From the NCBI RefSeq assembly GCF_009914755.1, contig NC_060933.1: a stretch of 64,000 nucleotides of DNA. One strand, given 5' to 3'. The stretch is from the human T2T-CHM13v2.0 reference genome, Homo sapiens. Positions 47,423-63,927 of the stretch are shown here, piece by piece. Position numbers and translations under genes: made by a program. Position 1 is the first letter of the stretch. Each line of letters starts with the position of its first letter. The notes under the pieces are model-generated. The model was not told where the DNA came from and did not search any database. It saw only the letters and a list, made by a program, of their open reading frames with translations.

Positions 47423-48932
47423 TTAAGCAAGAAGAACAAAACTGAATGAATTATATTACCTAATTTTATAATATATTACAGAGTTATAGCAATCAAACAT
47501 GATGGTATTGGCATTCATCAGAGGTATAGACCATTTAACAGAACAGAGAGCTCAGAAATAAATCCATACAATTACAGTAAATTGATCTTTAACAAAGGTG
47601 CTAAGAACCCAGAATGGAAAACATAGTCTCTTTAGCAAAAGGTGTAGGAAAAACTGGATATCTACAGGCAGAAGAATGAGATTGGACCCTTGTCTCACAC
47701 CACATGCAAAAATCAACTCAAAATGGATTAAAAACTTAAACACCTAACAATGTAAAAATACTGGGGGAAAACCTTCTTAACATTATTCTGTGGAATAAAT
47801 TTTTGGATACGACTCCAAAAGCAAAGGCAACAAAAGCAAAAATAGACAAATGGGATTACATCAAACCAAAAAACTTCTTCATAGCAAAGGCAATAATCAA
47901 CAAAGTGAAGAAACAATTTATAGAATGGGAGAAAATATTGTGAGCCATACATTTGGTGAGGGGTCAGTATCCAACATATATACTAAAATCAAACAACTCA
48001 ATTTCAAGAAAACAAATAACCCAGTTTTAAAAATGGGCAAGGGACTTAAGTAGACATTTCTCCAAAGGATATATCTATTTGGCCAACAAATGTATGAAAA
48101 AATTTTATAATATATTTGTATTATATCAATATCAATATATTGATATATCAAAATCACTAGTCATCAGAAAAAAATGTAAATCAAACCACAGCGAGGTGTA
48201 ATTTCATAATCTAGAATGGGTATTATAAAAAAGATTAAAGATAAGTGTTGATGAAGGTGTGGAGAAATGGGAACCCTTGTACACTGTTGGTGAGAATGTA
48301 ACTTAGTACCCCCATTATGGAAAACAGTGTAGGTTTCTGTGATGACTGGTTCTTCCAAAACAGCTTTCTCAAAAAATTAAAAATAAGCTACCATATCATT
48401 AAGCAATACCACTAGTGGTTATATATCCAATGGAAAAGAAATCACTATCTCGAAGAGATATCTGCACTCCCATATTCAATACAACATTATTCATAATAGT
48501 TAAAATATGGAAACAACCTGAGTGTCTGTCGACAAGTCACTGGATAAATAAAATGTAGTATATGTGTACCATGGAATATGATTCAGTCTTGGAAAAGAAG
48601 GAAATCCTCTCATTTGTGACAATGGATGAATCTGGAGGACATTATAGTGAGTGAACTAAACCAGGCACAGAAACGCAAATACTGAATGATCTTACTTATA
48701 GATGCAATCTAAAAAGGAAAAAAAAAAAGTGAAACCTACAGATGTAGACAGTAGGATGATAGTTACCAGGGGACAGAAGATGGGAAAAACGGGGAGATGT
48801 TGGCTAAAGGGTACAAAGTTTCTGTTATACAGGATAAATAATTTCTGGAGATTTTATTTACAGCATGGTGACTATAGTTAATACTGTATTATATACTTGG
48901 AATCTGCTGAAAGCAGCTCTCAGATGTTCTCA

Positions 48933-48966
48933 CCACACACACACACACACGCACACCACACACACA
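48933..48966. repeat. Imperfect (CA)n
   Basis: Direct reading. Confidence 0.9.
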
Positions 48967-49061
48967 AATGGTGACTATTTGAGGTGATGCATATGTTCAT
49001 TAGCTTGGTAGTGGTATCATTTCACAATGTATATGTGTATCAAAACATCAGATTGTATACC

Positions 49062-49392
<331 letters not shown>

Positions 49393-49441
49393 TTACATGC
49401 CCCCGGCTCTGCTTTCTTGGACACAAGCTGCCTGACTCTAG

Positions 49442-49866
<425 letters not shown>

Positions 49867-50709
49867 AGATAGCAGATATAATAGCCCCATGTCTGTTTCT
49901 TCACTGCTCCATCAAAGTACCCAGCATAGTGTCTGGCACACAGTTGGACACTGGGTGAAGATTTATTGAATGGGGAGTGAATTCTGTAGGGGAATTAGGA
50001 ATTGAACCAGGAGTGCCTTTTGGAGATACTTAACCTCCAGTGTTTGAGGCTAAGAATGATCTGAGAAAACTGAAGCATGGACTAAAAAGCAGTGCTGAAT
50101 GAAGCTAAGAAAAAACATAATGTGGTTGTCAATCTCCTGAATCTTCTGTTTATTAGGCCAAGCATCCTGTGGGTAGAAGTTCAGCCTTTCAGAACCCAAA
50201 AGTCACTCACTGGACTCAGGCATGACTAAAGATTCCATCATATGAAAAGCAAGGGAAGATAACCCAACTCTTCTGTAGACTCAGTCCCTTCATCCACAGC
50301 ATGAAGCGATTGAATGAGGAGACCTATGATGTCATCTGGCCTCGACAGGCTATGATGAAATAACTTTAAATTGGGAAATTCTCTGATTTGAAAAGGGGAT
50401 TTTCTGCTCTGACATAAGCCTGCCAGACACTTTTGTTTAAGTTGGGACACTTTCCTCATGCCAAATGCCTGCCATGTAGGTATTACACCATTGTAATAGA
50501 CAGAGCTGCATGCAGACATCCTAGAGAAACAGGTCATGCTGAAGCTGGCCTACCTCAAGAGGTTCTACTGTGACTGTCACAGTAGATATGGGCATGGGAC
50601 CTGGACAGGGAAAAAGAGCAGCTGAATAATGTTAACAGTGGTGGTAACTAGGGTAGGATGCAATAGTCCACACTAGTTATTTGTATAAATTTTATATTAC
50701 AATTTTAAA

Positions 50710-52365
50710 TCAATACCTTTCCTCCTCTGCACCTACAACTTGACAATGACTGATTTTTTAATGTTTCTAGAATTTGGCCTTTTCCAGAATCCCTTATCAT
50801 TAAAATCATACAGTATATCATCTTTTCAGACTGGCTTCTTTCACTGAGCAGTGTGCATTTAAGGTTTTGCCATGTATTTTCATGGCTTGATGATTAACTT
50901 TTTTATTGCTGACTAATATTTCAATGTGTACATACCAAATTTGTTTACCCTTACACAATTTGAATGATGATTGGTTCCTTCCAATTTTTGGCAATTATGA
51001 ATCAAGCTGCAATAAGCATTTATATGCAGCTTTTGTGTGGACATGTATTTTCAACCCATTTAGGTAAATACCTAGGAGTGAAATCATTGAATCATTTGGC
51101 AAGACTCAAACTGTGTTCCAAAGTGGTTGCATCATTTTGCATTCCCACCAGGAATGAATGACAGCTTCTGGTGCTCCATATCCTTGTCAGAAATTGGTAT
51201 TGTCAGGTTTTTTTTATTATACCCATTCTAATAGGTGTATAGCTTCTCAATACTGTTTTAATTTGTAATTAACTAATGACATTTGATGTTGAGCAACTTA
51301 TAAATGTTTATTTGCCACATGTATAACATCTTTGGTGAGATATCTATTCAGATCTTCTGTTTCCTTTTTTTAATGAACATATGGTTCATTTTCTTCAGGC
51401 TGTTGATATGATGGGTTGCATTAAATGATTTTCAAATGTTGAGTCAAACTTGTAAAGCAGTATATTTCCCTGACCCTTTCATGGGTAGGAACTGGAGTGC
51501 ATGAGTGCCTGCAGGGGCGAACTCCATTCACTTGCTGCTCCACCCCTCGCCGGAGGGGGAGTGCAGATGTAGGTGTAGGAGCTGGGGCAAGTGCTTTTGG
51601 GCACCAGCAAGAGTAAACTCTGTACTGACTCTGTGGCAGCATCTAGGGGAGGGTGCCCGTGACCCCTGAACCCCCAGAGAAAGTGTTACAGTGCCCTTTT
51701 AGCTTTGCCATTCATGGAGGGCTAAAGTGTTAACAGCTCAGTGCAGGGTCAGTGTGACACCCTTTTGCACCCACACTCAGGGCACCTGAGTTCTTGTCTG
51801 ACATCCAGGAGGAATGAGGTTGCACAGAGAAATTGAAGATGGTAAATGTGGGGGATTTTATTGCCATTGAAAGTGGCTCTCAATAGGAAGGGGAGCTGAA
51901 AAGGGGTCAGAGCAGGAAGGTAATCTTCCCCTGGAGTCTGGCTGTCCCCAGCTGACTCTTCTCCAAAGCTACACCATCAAGCTGCTTCTCTCTAATGTCC
52001 CTCTGAAGTCAAGCTGCTTCTCTCCGATGTCTAGCCGTAGTCTCCAATGTCCAGCTGCATCTCCTCTTTCTGCCGGCTGAGCTCTGGGGTTTTTATAGGC
52101 ACAGGATGGGAGGTGGAGCCATGGGTGGTTTAGGAAAAGGCAACATTTGAGGGGGAAAACAGGGATGTAAGTTTTCACTTTGGGCCGTGGTCCAGAGGCT
52201 TTTTGGCTTGAGGGTGGGGCCCTCATGGGGGTCCCCCATGAGGGCCCCACCCTCTTCTGCCCAGAATTTCCCTGCATCCTGTCCCTATCACTTGTATACT
52301 CAGAATAAATCTCCCTTAGTCATGGTGTATAATTCTTTTCACACAGTGTTGGATTCAGTTTGCTA
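50710..52365 (-). mobile_element. Old L1MC/MD fragments interrupted by LTR27
   Basis: cttttcagactggcttctttcact, attcccaccaggaatgaatg; ORF2 piece split at caaacttg / cttgtatac. Confidence 0.8.
51453..52290 (-). mobile_element. LTR27-family ERV1 solo LTR
   Basis: Reverse start tgatagggacagga...gggaaattctgggcagaagaggg; 4-bp TSD cttg. Confidence 0.85.
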
Positions 52366-52690
52366 TTTTTTTTCCAGCTTTATTGAAGTGTAACAGACAA
52401 ATACGAATTTACATATACTCAAGGTACATAGTGATTTGGTATATGTACACATGGTAAAATAATTACCATAGTCAACATAATTAACATAACCATCATTTCA
52501 TATAGTTACCATTGTGTGTGTGTGTGCTGTTTCCTAAATTTTTGTGTGTGTGTTTTAGTTTTTAGACTTCTTAAAATCTTATTTTTAATGTATAAATAAC
52601 AGTTGCATATATGTGTGGGATACAATGTGATGTTCTGATATATGTTTACATTGTGAAATGAATAAGTCATGTTTAATTAACAAATTCATC
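52366..52690 (-). mobile_element. Two tandem L1MA 3'-end fragments
   Basis: cagctttattgaagtg, atagttaccattgtgtgtg; gggatacaatgtgatgtt. Confidence 0.75.
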
Positions 52691-53075
52691 AAGGCAATAG
52701 AATATTGCAGGAGAGGAGACAGACTGAGCTTAACCCTGAATACAGCATGGGCAGGTGGGAATTTGTAGCTATGGAGCAGTGTGGGAGTCAGTGGATAAAA
52801 AGTTACTAAGAGGAAGGAAATATTAGGGGTGGGGGGATTCTGGTTAAATCTGCCGAAGCCAGATGGGGGTGATCAGACCTCACCTGGGGGACAGTGGAAG
52901 ATGCAGACCCTGATTTCATATGGAGGATGATCAGATATCCAGCATGGGGGTGCTTGCTAAGTTGACTTAGCGGGGATTTTTGCTCAAACTGGATTTTACA
53001 AAGACTTACATAGATGGGCCTAGGAGAAGGTTCAGGATGCTGACTCACTAAGGTTTCACCAAGCAATCTTTGTCA
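52691..53075 (-). mobile_element. MER31-type ERV1 LTR (partial)
   Basis: aaactggattttacaa, agatgggcctaggagaaggttcag, terminal ctttgtca. Confidence 0.82.
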
Positions 53076-53893
53076 ATACCAACAAACAAACCCCAAACCC
53101 AAGAGGCTTAAAACTTAAAGTTTATTTACCGTTTTGATTATTACACATTCTGCAATCATCAGCATAGAATATTAAGTTAGGGATCGCTAAGGGCTTTATG
53201 ACTTGTTTCTAAACTGTGACCATCAAGTCCCTCCAAATCTCCAATAAATCTGATAAATTCATGAATCAAAGCTATTCTTTGCTGAGAAAAAAATGGTACA
53301 GTAAAATGTACAAGTTTGATAGAAAAAGCAGATTTTGATTTAAATTAGAGAAGAAACTTTTAAAAAATTAAATATGCTTTCAGTTTTACCCAAGGAAACC
53401 ACACAGGTTACTGCTGCATGCAGAGTGCCAGGCACATGATCCAAAGCTACTGAGATAGCAACCACGTTGTTTCATTTATTTTAAAATATGTATAATCTGA
53501 AAGAGGGGTAGATGCTTCCAGAAAAAGAAAGGCTTGTCTTGTTCCAGTGAAAACAATAGAGATTTTATTAAAATAAATATTTTACCTGAATGACTTGGAC
53601 AATTTGCAAAATTTGTGTTCGAGGGTGATTAAGTGGGTTGCTTTTCTGACCAACTTTCTTTATTTAATGCCGACTGTAAGATCAATTATTTGCTATTCAT
53701 GAACGACCAAAAATAAAACACTCTTATTGAAAATATTGGAATGTAAAATGCTTCCTCTTGGTTCGATAATGGAGGATGGGGAGGCTTTCATTTTGCTACT
53801 TAAATGAAGCTTGATTCATTTATCTTTATTTTCAGCCTTCATGACTCAATTATAATTACAATCATGTATAATTTTGAATATTCATACAATGAA

Positions 53894-54181
53894 TTTTTTT
53901 TTTTTTTGAGGCAGAGTATCGCTCTGCCACCAGGCTAGGGTGCAGTGGTGCAATCTCGGCTCACCACAACCTCCACTGCCTGGGTTCAAGATATTCTCCT
54001 GCCTCAGCCTCCCGAGTATGACTACAGGCGCATGCCACCATGCCCAGCTAATTTTTGTATTTTTAGTAGAGACAGGTTTCACCATGTTGGCCAGGATGGT
54101 CTCCATCTCTTGACCTCGTGATCTGCCCACCTTGGCCTCTCAAAGTGCTGGGATTAGAGGCGTGAGCCACCGCGCCTGGCC
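53894..54181 (-). mobile_element. AluSc
   Basis: ccaggatggtctccatctcttgacctcgtg. Confidence 0.94.
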
Positions 54182-54247
54182 CTACAATACAAATTTTTAA
54201 TTGCTGACTTTATTGGCTGTTGCCAGAACATCACTGAATCGATGTGT

Positions 54248-54468
54248 CAGAGTTTCTCACCCTCAGCACTAGTGACATTTTAGGCTGGATAATTCTGTGT
54301 TGTGGGGGCCTGTCCTGTGCATTATAGGATGTTTAACAGCATCTCTGGTCTCTCTCCATGAGATGCCAGCAGCATCCACCCAGCCCCACTTATAATAACT
54401 GAAAATGCCTCCAGATATTGCAAAATGTCCTCTGAGGGGCAAAATCATACCCTGATTGAGAACCATGG
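54248..54468 (-). mobile_element. MER20 (hAT MITE)
   Basis: ctcagcactagtgacatttt...aaatgtcctctgaggggcaaaatca...ttgagaacca. Confidence 0.92.
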
Positions 54469-54684
54469 GCCCGATGTTATCATTGAGAAACTAACAAAGC
54501 CTTAATCAGCTTATTAAAAATACATATTTATTAGCTAATATTGAGAAAGAGTGTTCCTCCACTACATATTGTCTGTTTAGTAACAATACATATTCTAATC
54601 CTCTTTATAAAATATTTACCAAGGGTGCTGTATGAAAGAACATTAGACATTTAAAAACGAAAATGGAATGCTCATTTGACCTAG

Positions 54685-55016
<332 letters not shown>

Positions 55017-55203
55017 GTAAAATGCGGTTTCTAACCATGCAAGTGACTGAAGCAAAGCAGAGGCGGGGGAGTGCTCTCAGAGTGGGGGCAGGGATGCTCA
55101 GGCCACAGATGGGAGTGAGAGGAATCCTCTTCCTACAGGTTCCCCTCTCACCCTCCTGTCTCTACATCCTCCACTCACACTAACTGATCCAATCACATCA
55201 CTC

Positions 55204-55478
55204 TTTTTTTTTTTTTTTTTTTTTTTTGAGACAAAGTCTCACACTGTCGCCCAGGCTGGAGTGCAGTGACGCGATCTCGACTCACTCCTGCCTCAGCCTC
55301 CCAAGTAGCTGGGACTACAGGCGCCCGCCACAAAGCCCGGCTAACTTCTTTTATATTTTTAATAGAGACAGGGTTTCACCATGTTAGCCAGGATGGTCTC
55401 GATCTCCTGACCTTGTGATCCGCCCTCCTCAGCCTCCCAAAGTGCTGGGATTACAGGCGTGAGCCACCGTGCCCAGCC
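55204..55478 (-). mobile_element. AluY-like with ~32-bp internal deletion
   Basis: ctcact joined to cctgcctcagcc. Confidence 0.93.
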
Positions 55479-55539
55479 CATCTCCCCAGAATTTTTCACC
55501 TGTGCCTTACTTTAAAAAAATGTTTCCCCTAAATGCATT

Positions 55540-55672
55540 GCAAATAAAACTAGAGCAGGAATTTTTAATCTATCTTACTCACTTTTATAAAACTTCTTGC
55601 TAGAATATTGTGTGCCTGGGCGCATACAAGACGCTGGATATGTGTTAAAAGAATGAATGAATGAATGAATGA
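55540..55672 (+). mobile_element. L2 3' terminus
   Basis: gtgcctgggcgcata... with (GAAT)n tail. Confidence 0.65.
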
Positions 55673-56050
55673 CTCAAATATTATCTCAAACTTCACTGGG
55701 TACTTTGAGTTTTTACAATAAAGTTCTCATTCACTCTTCCCAGTCATGGTAGGCAGTTCCTCTCCTCAGTGGATGGCTGCCATTATCTAGAAAATGGGCA
55801 GGTGCTATCAATCTGGGTACAATTTAATTTAGGTTAACCAGGATTACCTACTACATGATTTTTGAAGGTTCATTGCAAATAATGCAGTTATCCAAGGCAA
55901 AACACTAAATATTTCTAGGCCCATTTGATTCCTTAAATATTTTTGCCTCTCGGTAGCTAATGTTCATTTCTGGGATTGGATTTAAATACTGGTCTGAATT
56001 CAAGTTTCTTATTTTAATTAAAATCACTTATTTTTAAAATATGCTTTATG

Positions 56051-56434
<384 letters not shown>

Positions 56435-56595
56435 CTATGCAAATTTTATTAAATATCAATTTGTAAGAAAAATTTACTATATATTTCTGGTATAAATTTA
56501 TATTTCTCCCCAATCTCATGCTTTTGGCTTGAAAATATTTTATTTTCTTTACCAGCACAAAGATTAGTACTCTCATTGAAGAAATAGTGAGTGAG

Positions 56596-57361
<766 letters not shown>

Positions 57362-57806
57362 GTGAGCATTGGTATAATGCCTTCTTCAAATTCAGATCTA
57401 ATTCCTTAAAACTCTAAGCATCTCAAAACATTTTGCTTTTCAGCCCAAGGATTCAAGGCAGTTTATCACCATAATTGCTAAAAAGCAAAAATAAAAACAA
57501 AATGAAAGGCCTACCATGTCTCAAACACCTCCACCTTGTTTACAGTCATGTAGAAGATGACAATGGAGAAAACTTAGGAGTCCACAGGAATTTCAAAATA
57601 AAATTACTAAAAAAATGATTATGGTTAAGCAATTATTTTTCAAAATATTTTACTTTGCTATGTTAATCTGTCCAAATTATAGTTATCAATTTAAGTATCA
57701 TTCTCTTTTTAGAAAATCTAAATCAACACAGAGGAAGAATTTGGTGGATAGGATTATAATCCCCAAGGATTTTGGACAGGCCATGGAGATAACCCACCAG
57801 GTCTGA

Positions 57807-58175
<369 letters not shown>

Positions 58176-58869
58176 ACACGTGAGTTTTTTATGTGCATGC
58201 GTGTGTATGCATGTTAGGAGTTAAATTTTATTTTTGTTTTGAGCTTCAATATATTGTCATCTAAACTCCAGTAATTTCTACTTTTCTAAGTATTTTTTGA
58301 GAACTAAAATGAAAATAGTTTCTTTGTTTTTAAATGGAAATCTTTCACTGGTTAGAGTTTAGTTTGTTTAGTTTCTTTTAGGTTTAGGCTAATGTCTGTC
58401 ATGTCCTATGGCCTATGAACATTTGCCACTATCCTAATGATCTATTCCACGGGTAAACAAACATTTCTGACCTTAACAATTGTCAATCCAAAAATATGGA
58501 AATAATGTATTGTTCTTGTGTTCAATAATGCTACAAACCTGCATAGTTTCCTGTCATAATGTTCAACAGTTTTTGAGGCCAACATACTCTATCCCTCTCT
58601 GTGCTAAACAGTCTTGAGATTAAGCACACTGTCCTATTTTTGATGAACAACACCGAGAACAAGTCAAAAAAAAAAACTGCTTGTTGCAGGGAATAACTGC
58701 TCCTGGAAAAAAAAAAGGCTGAACCAATTCAACAACTTACTTATTGGACTAAGAGCTGATTTATTAAGGTTTGCTTTAAGACTTAGCTAGCTCCTGCAGT
58801 CCACAGCTGTTATATCAGAAACTCTGATTAGTCCCAACTTGTTCTGCTCCTTGTAAGACCCTGGGTGAA

Positions 58870-59163
<294 letters not shown>

Positions 59164-59250
59164 TAGACCCTGGGTGATTTTAACATTCCACTGAGTGTCT
59201 GAAACCCTATGAACACTCTGCCCAATATTCTATTTTGAGACATGCTATTA

Positions 59251-59538
<288 letters not shown>

Positions 59539-61407
59539 ACTCACTGTTTCTTCAATGAGAGTACTAGTAAGTCTAGTAAATGTAGTTTGCCTGACTAACA
59601 AGCTCTAGTATTTTTTTAGGGAGTTAAATGTCATTTCTAAGGAGGTCAAAGGATATATAAGAGATAACAAGTTTTAAAGTCAGAAGTGCATTTAAATTTG
59701 TGCTTAGAATTTATCTTGCATTTATCCTATTTCAGGAAATATTACCACATATGAAGTGTGGATATTTATGCGTACTTAGCAGTGGGCTTGAGAATATCAC
59801 ACACAATATTATACATAGGCTACCATAGAATCTGCAATTATTATAATACCCGAATGCCTCCTACAGCCCTTCTACCTCTTGAAGACCTTTAAGAATTTGC
59901 TTTTTCCACTGAAAATTAGAAAGAACAACATAGCTGAAGGCAGTCCTTGTTCTATTGGGTCATTTGTTGGGATTGTGCTTATCCTGCAACTTTGGGGAAG
60001 GGAGGCATTTCAACATGAAATGAGGCTGCTTGTAAGTCAGAAAAAGAGTGAAGGAAAATTGAATTTAGCTCTTGCCAGCATTGCTTGAGGTATTTGGATG
60101 ATATAAATTTTTTTTTAAAGGCCACAATGCTTTTAGAATTTTCTTTGCTTGTGATTAGTCATTGTTGGCCTCTTTATGCTTCTCCCAGAATCATTACAAT
60201 GCCATGCTTCCCCCACTCTTTTCTAAGGGCTCTAAAGCCTGGATTTATTTTTTCTCACCCAAGAGGCACAACCAAATGATGTTTAAGCATCCGCAACCCA
60301 GCCAATGTGTGAGGCCATTTCCTCCAAAATACATTCTCCTTTCTTACCTGCCCTCTCTGATTCCTTGTCCAGCCTGGCCTCTTATATGGACCCTGATCTT
60401 TTATCCTCAATATCTTTTCTTATCCCACGCCCACTGTCTACTTTAGTTTCAATTTCAGCCACTCGTTAGTTTCTTGGTAAACAAAGTGAATAAACGCCCT
60501 TGAAGTCCTGCCACTTACTGACTCCTTTGGAAACCCAACTCACCATTAAATTGCAGCGTCTTAAATTGTACTCTCTTTGCATACTGATTTATCCTCTGGT
60601 ACTCAGCTAATTCACGGCTCTGAGTCTCGTGTACCTCATTTTCACATGCTCAGGTCAGGGTAGAGATGGCTTTTGTGAGGCCTTGAGTGGGAGGTGTGAG
60701 AGTTTGTCCTCTAAACATGCATTTTGACTCTTTTCGTGTTCGTTTTTGCCATCGAGGACATCAACAGGGGCCCGCTGCTCTTACTCTACATGTCTTTGGG
60801 GTATCACGTCTACAATACCTACCACATTAATCAGAGGACTTTGGAGGGCCCTCTGTTTTGGCTGTCAGGAGGGGCCGAGAACCTTCCCAATTATACATGT
60901 GAGAGGCAGAGCAAATCCATAGCAGCGATTGAAGGAACTATATCAGCATTTGTTTTTCAGTTGGAGATGTTGATGGAAATCTACAAACTACCACAGGTGA
61001 GACAGGATGGGGTGGGTCAGAGATGACATTGAATGTCCTTTGCTGTTATTACAAGGCATGTCAACAAAAGGTGGCTCAGAACAGTCTTTGATGCCCCCAA
61101 AGGTGACAGAAAGTCCTTGCACTGCCAGTGTTTATTTAGGGTAAGAAGGAGGCAGAATGAGATAGGCAGCAGTGAGGCATCCCTGGCTGGCACAGCCAGG
61201 CCAGCTCTGGGAACTCTATATCTGAACACTTACTTTCCAGATTAATTTTTCCCAGAGGGAAGATGATACATTAAAAAAAAATCAACAAGTAAATCTTCCC
61301 CTTTCCAAAAGAGAATGTAGTATCTTCAGCTTCAAAATGGTGAAATAATAATTGCTTTATTCTTTACTATCATGCTGTTATTATCTAACTGCTATATCTC
61401 CAAAGAA

Positions 61408-61702
<295 letters not shown>

Positions 61703-62411
61703 TTGCGAAGAATTTTTGACCATCCTCTGACTCTCTCCAGAATCGTATCCTTGACTAATAGTCAAAATTGGAATTTTTATAGCCCTGTAAACCCACAGAT
61801 TAGGTTATAGGGAGATTTGGTAAACTGAGATTTTGGGGAGGGGAAGGGAGGCTGGCAGAGAAGAAACTTTGTTTACAATTTTATTACCCTGGATAATATT
61901 AACCAATTTTGTATGTTTCTTAGAAATTTTATTATAGCTTACCTGTTTGCCAATGGCTATATGAAACCTTGCTCTTCAAATGGTCTACAAATCAGGACTT
62001 TTGTCTTCAGGATGGTTTTCTCATGAATGAGTTGAGTACAATTTTAACTCTTGTTAAGAAAAACTCTGAGCATTTTGCCTTTACACACGTTCATCAATTT
62101 CTCTAGTAATTTACTTGCTAGCTTTGAATTTCTTCTAGGAGTAGAAAGTGAAGTGCCTGATGTATTGTGTTTGATTGTGCCCTTCTCCCTCAAATCACTT
62201 CTGAATATAAATGGATATTGTTTTTCCTTTTCCTCTAAGATTAGTTATGTCCATTTGATCCTTTGCCTAATGATGAAGGACAGTTTCCATCTCTGTATCA
62301 GATGATCCCAAGGAATCATCTTTGCCTCTTGGCATGGTGAAGCTGTTGCAGCATTTTAGCTAGATCTGGTAGGGCTGCTTGTCTCGGATGACATAAAAGG
62401 TGGGCATTTTC

Positions 62412-62717
62412 GGCCAGGCACGGTGGCTCACGCCTGTAATCCCAGCTCTTTGGAGGGCCAAGGCTGGTGGATCACCTGAAGTCGGGAGTTGGAGACCAGC
62501 CTGACCAACATGGAGAAACCCCGTCTCTACTAAAAATAGAAAAATTAGCTGGGTATGGCGGTGCATGCCTGTAATCCCAGCTACTCAGGAGGCTGAGGCG
62601 GGAGAATCGCTTTAACCCGGGAGGCAGAGGTTGCTGTGAGCCGAGATTGCACCTCTGCACTCCAGCCTGGGCGACACAGCTAGACTCCGTCTCAAAAAAA
62701 AAAGAAAAAAAAAAAAA
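62412..62717 (+). mobile_element. AluSp
   Basis: ctgaccaacatggagaaacc; TSD gtgggcatttt. Confidence 0.95.
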
Positions 62718-63556
62718 GTGGGCATTTTTTCTAGGAACTGAGAGAAGTGGCCAGGGAAGGCATCTATTCAGGCTTTACAAAGAAACTGTCTTGGAGGGTG
62801 TTCTGCCATCAGCAGGCAGGATAACATTGGCCAAGACTGAAGATCCATCAACAAATGTGACTGCTGTCTGTGGTAACACAGACCCCCTAATCCTCCTGAC
62901 GTTCTGGGATGGAATACTTTGAAAACGTGGAAAGCGTGTGTTACCACCTCCCAGTGGGACTTTATCACACATGGGGGAAGTTTCATACTTAATCCATTCC
63001 ATGGGACTCTCACTTTTTCAAAGCAGAACAGTGAGATGCCTGGCTTCCAGCATTTTGTTCAGACAGCCCTTCCGCACACCCAGAACACATTTTCCATAAT
63101 AAACCGTGGCTTTTTTCCTTGGATTGCTTCCTTTCTGATTCTGGCTGTGAAACCCTAGGAGGTTGCCCACGAAATGCTTTCTTGGGTCCTGTGCCTTTGC
63201 GTTGCTTTGACTGGATTGCATCTGATTTCATTAAGACCATCTATGATGCTGCGTGTGCAGCCAATGCCCTATGCTAAGTGCTGCTTTTAGAAATACAGTG
63301 GGATATGAGGAAAATGTAGATGCAGTGCTGTTTCATCCCTGGCAGGTAATGATTTCCGCTAGGGCATTGTCGGCCCTGGAGCCCATCGATTCTTGAAACA
63401 TATAGTCATAAATGAGATTTTCTCAAAACCTGCATAATAACGCAGGCAAAACACATTGAAATTTTACATTCTGAATATAAATTCTGAAAATGAATATGTC
63501 TACTTGCTTTTACAATGAGAAACCATATATAGTCCGGAGAGTTTTCAGTTTTGATA

Positions 63557-63583
63557 TGTGTGTGTGTGTGTGTATGTGTGTGT
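63557..63583. repeat. Imperfect (TG)n
   Basis: Direct reading. Confidence 0.85.
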
Positions 63584-63749
63584 ATAAATGATCGTCACAT
63601 AGATATCTCTGGCTAGAAGAAACTTTGTCATATTTGTTCTAAGATTAAATGTTTGTCCCGTATTTCCAATACTCATTTTCAATCTGATTTAAATTTTTTG
63701 ATCTATGATATTAACTGTCTAGAAATGACTGGGGAAAAGAAATTAGTTT

Positions 63750-63900
63750 TGAGCCCTTACTTTGTGTTCAGCATAAATGGTGATTATATTTTTTCTTTTA
63801 ATTCAAAATAACATTAAGAGATATGAATTGCTATTTCTATTTTATGTATGAGAAAAACTCATATTCAGAGACACTCGGTAAAATTCTTACACACTGCCTG
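63750..63900 (-). mobile_element. MIR fragment
   Basis: ttgagcccttactttgtg...ctattttatgtatgagaaaaact. Confidence 0.5.
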
Positions 63901-63927
63901 TAAATGGATCATCAAAAATTTGAAAGT

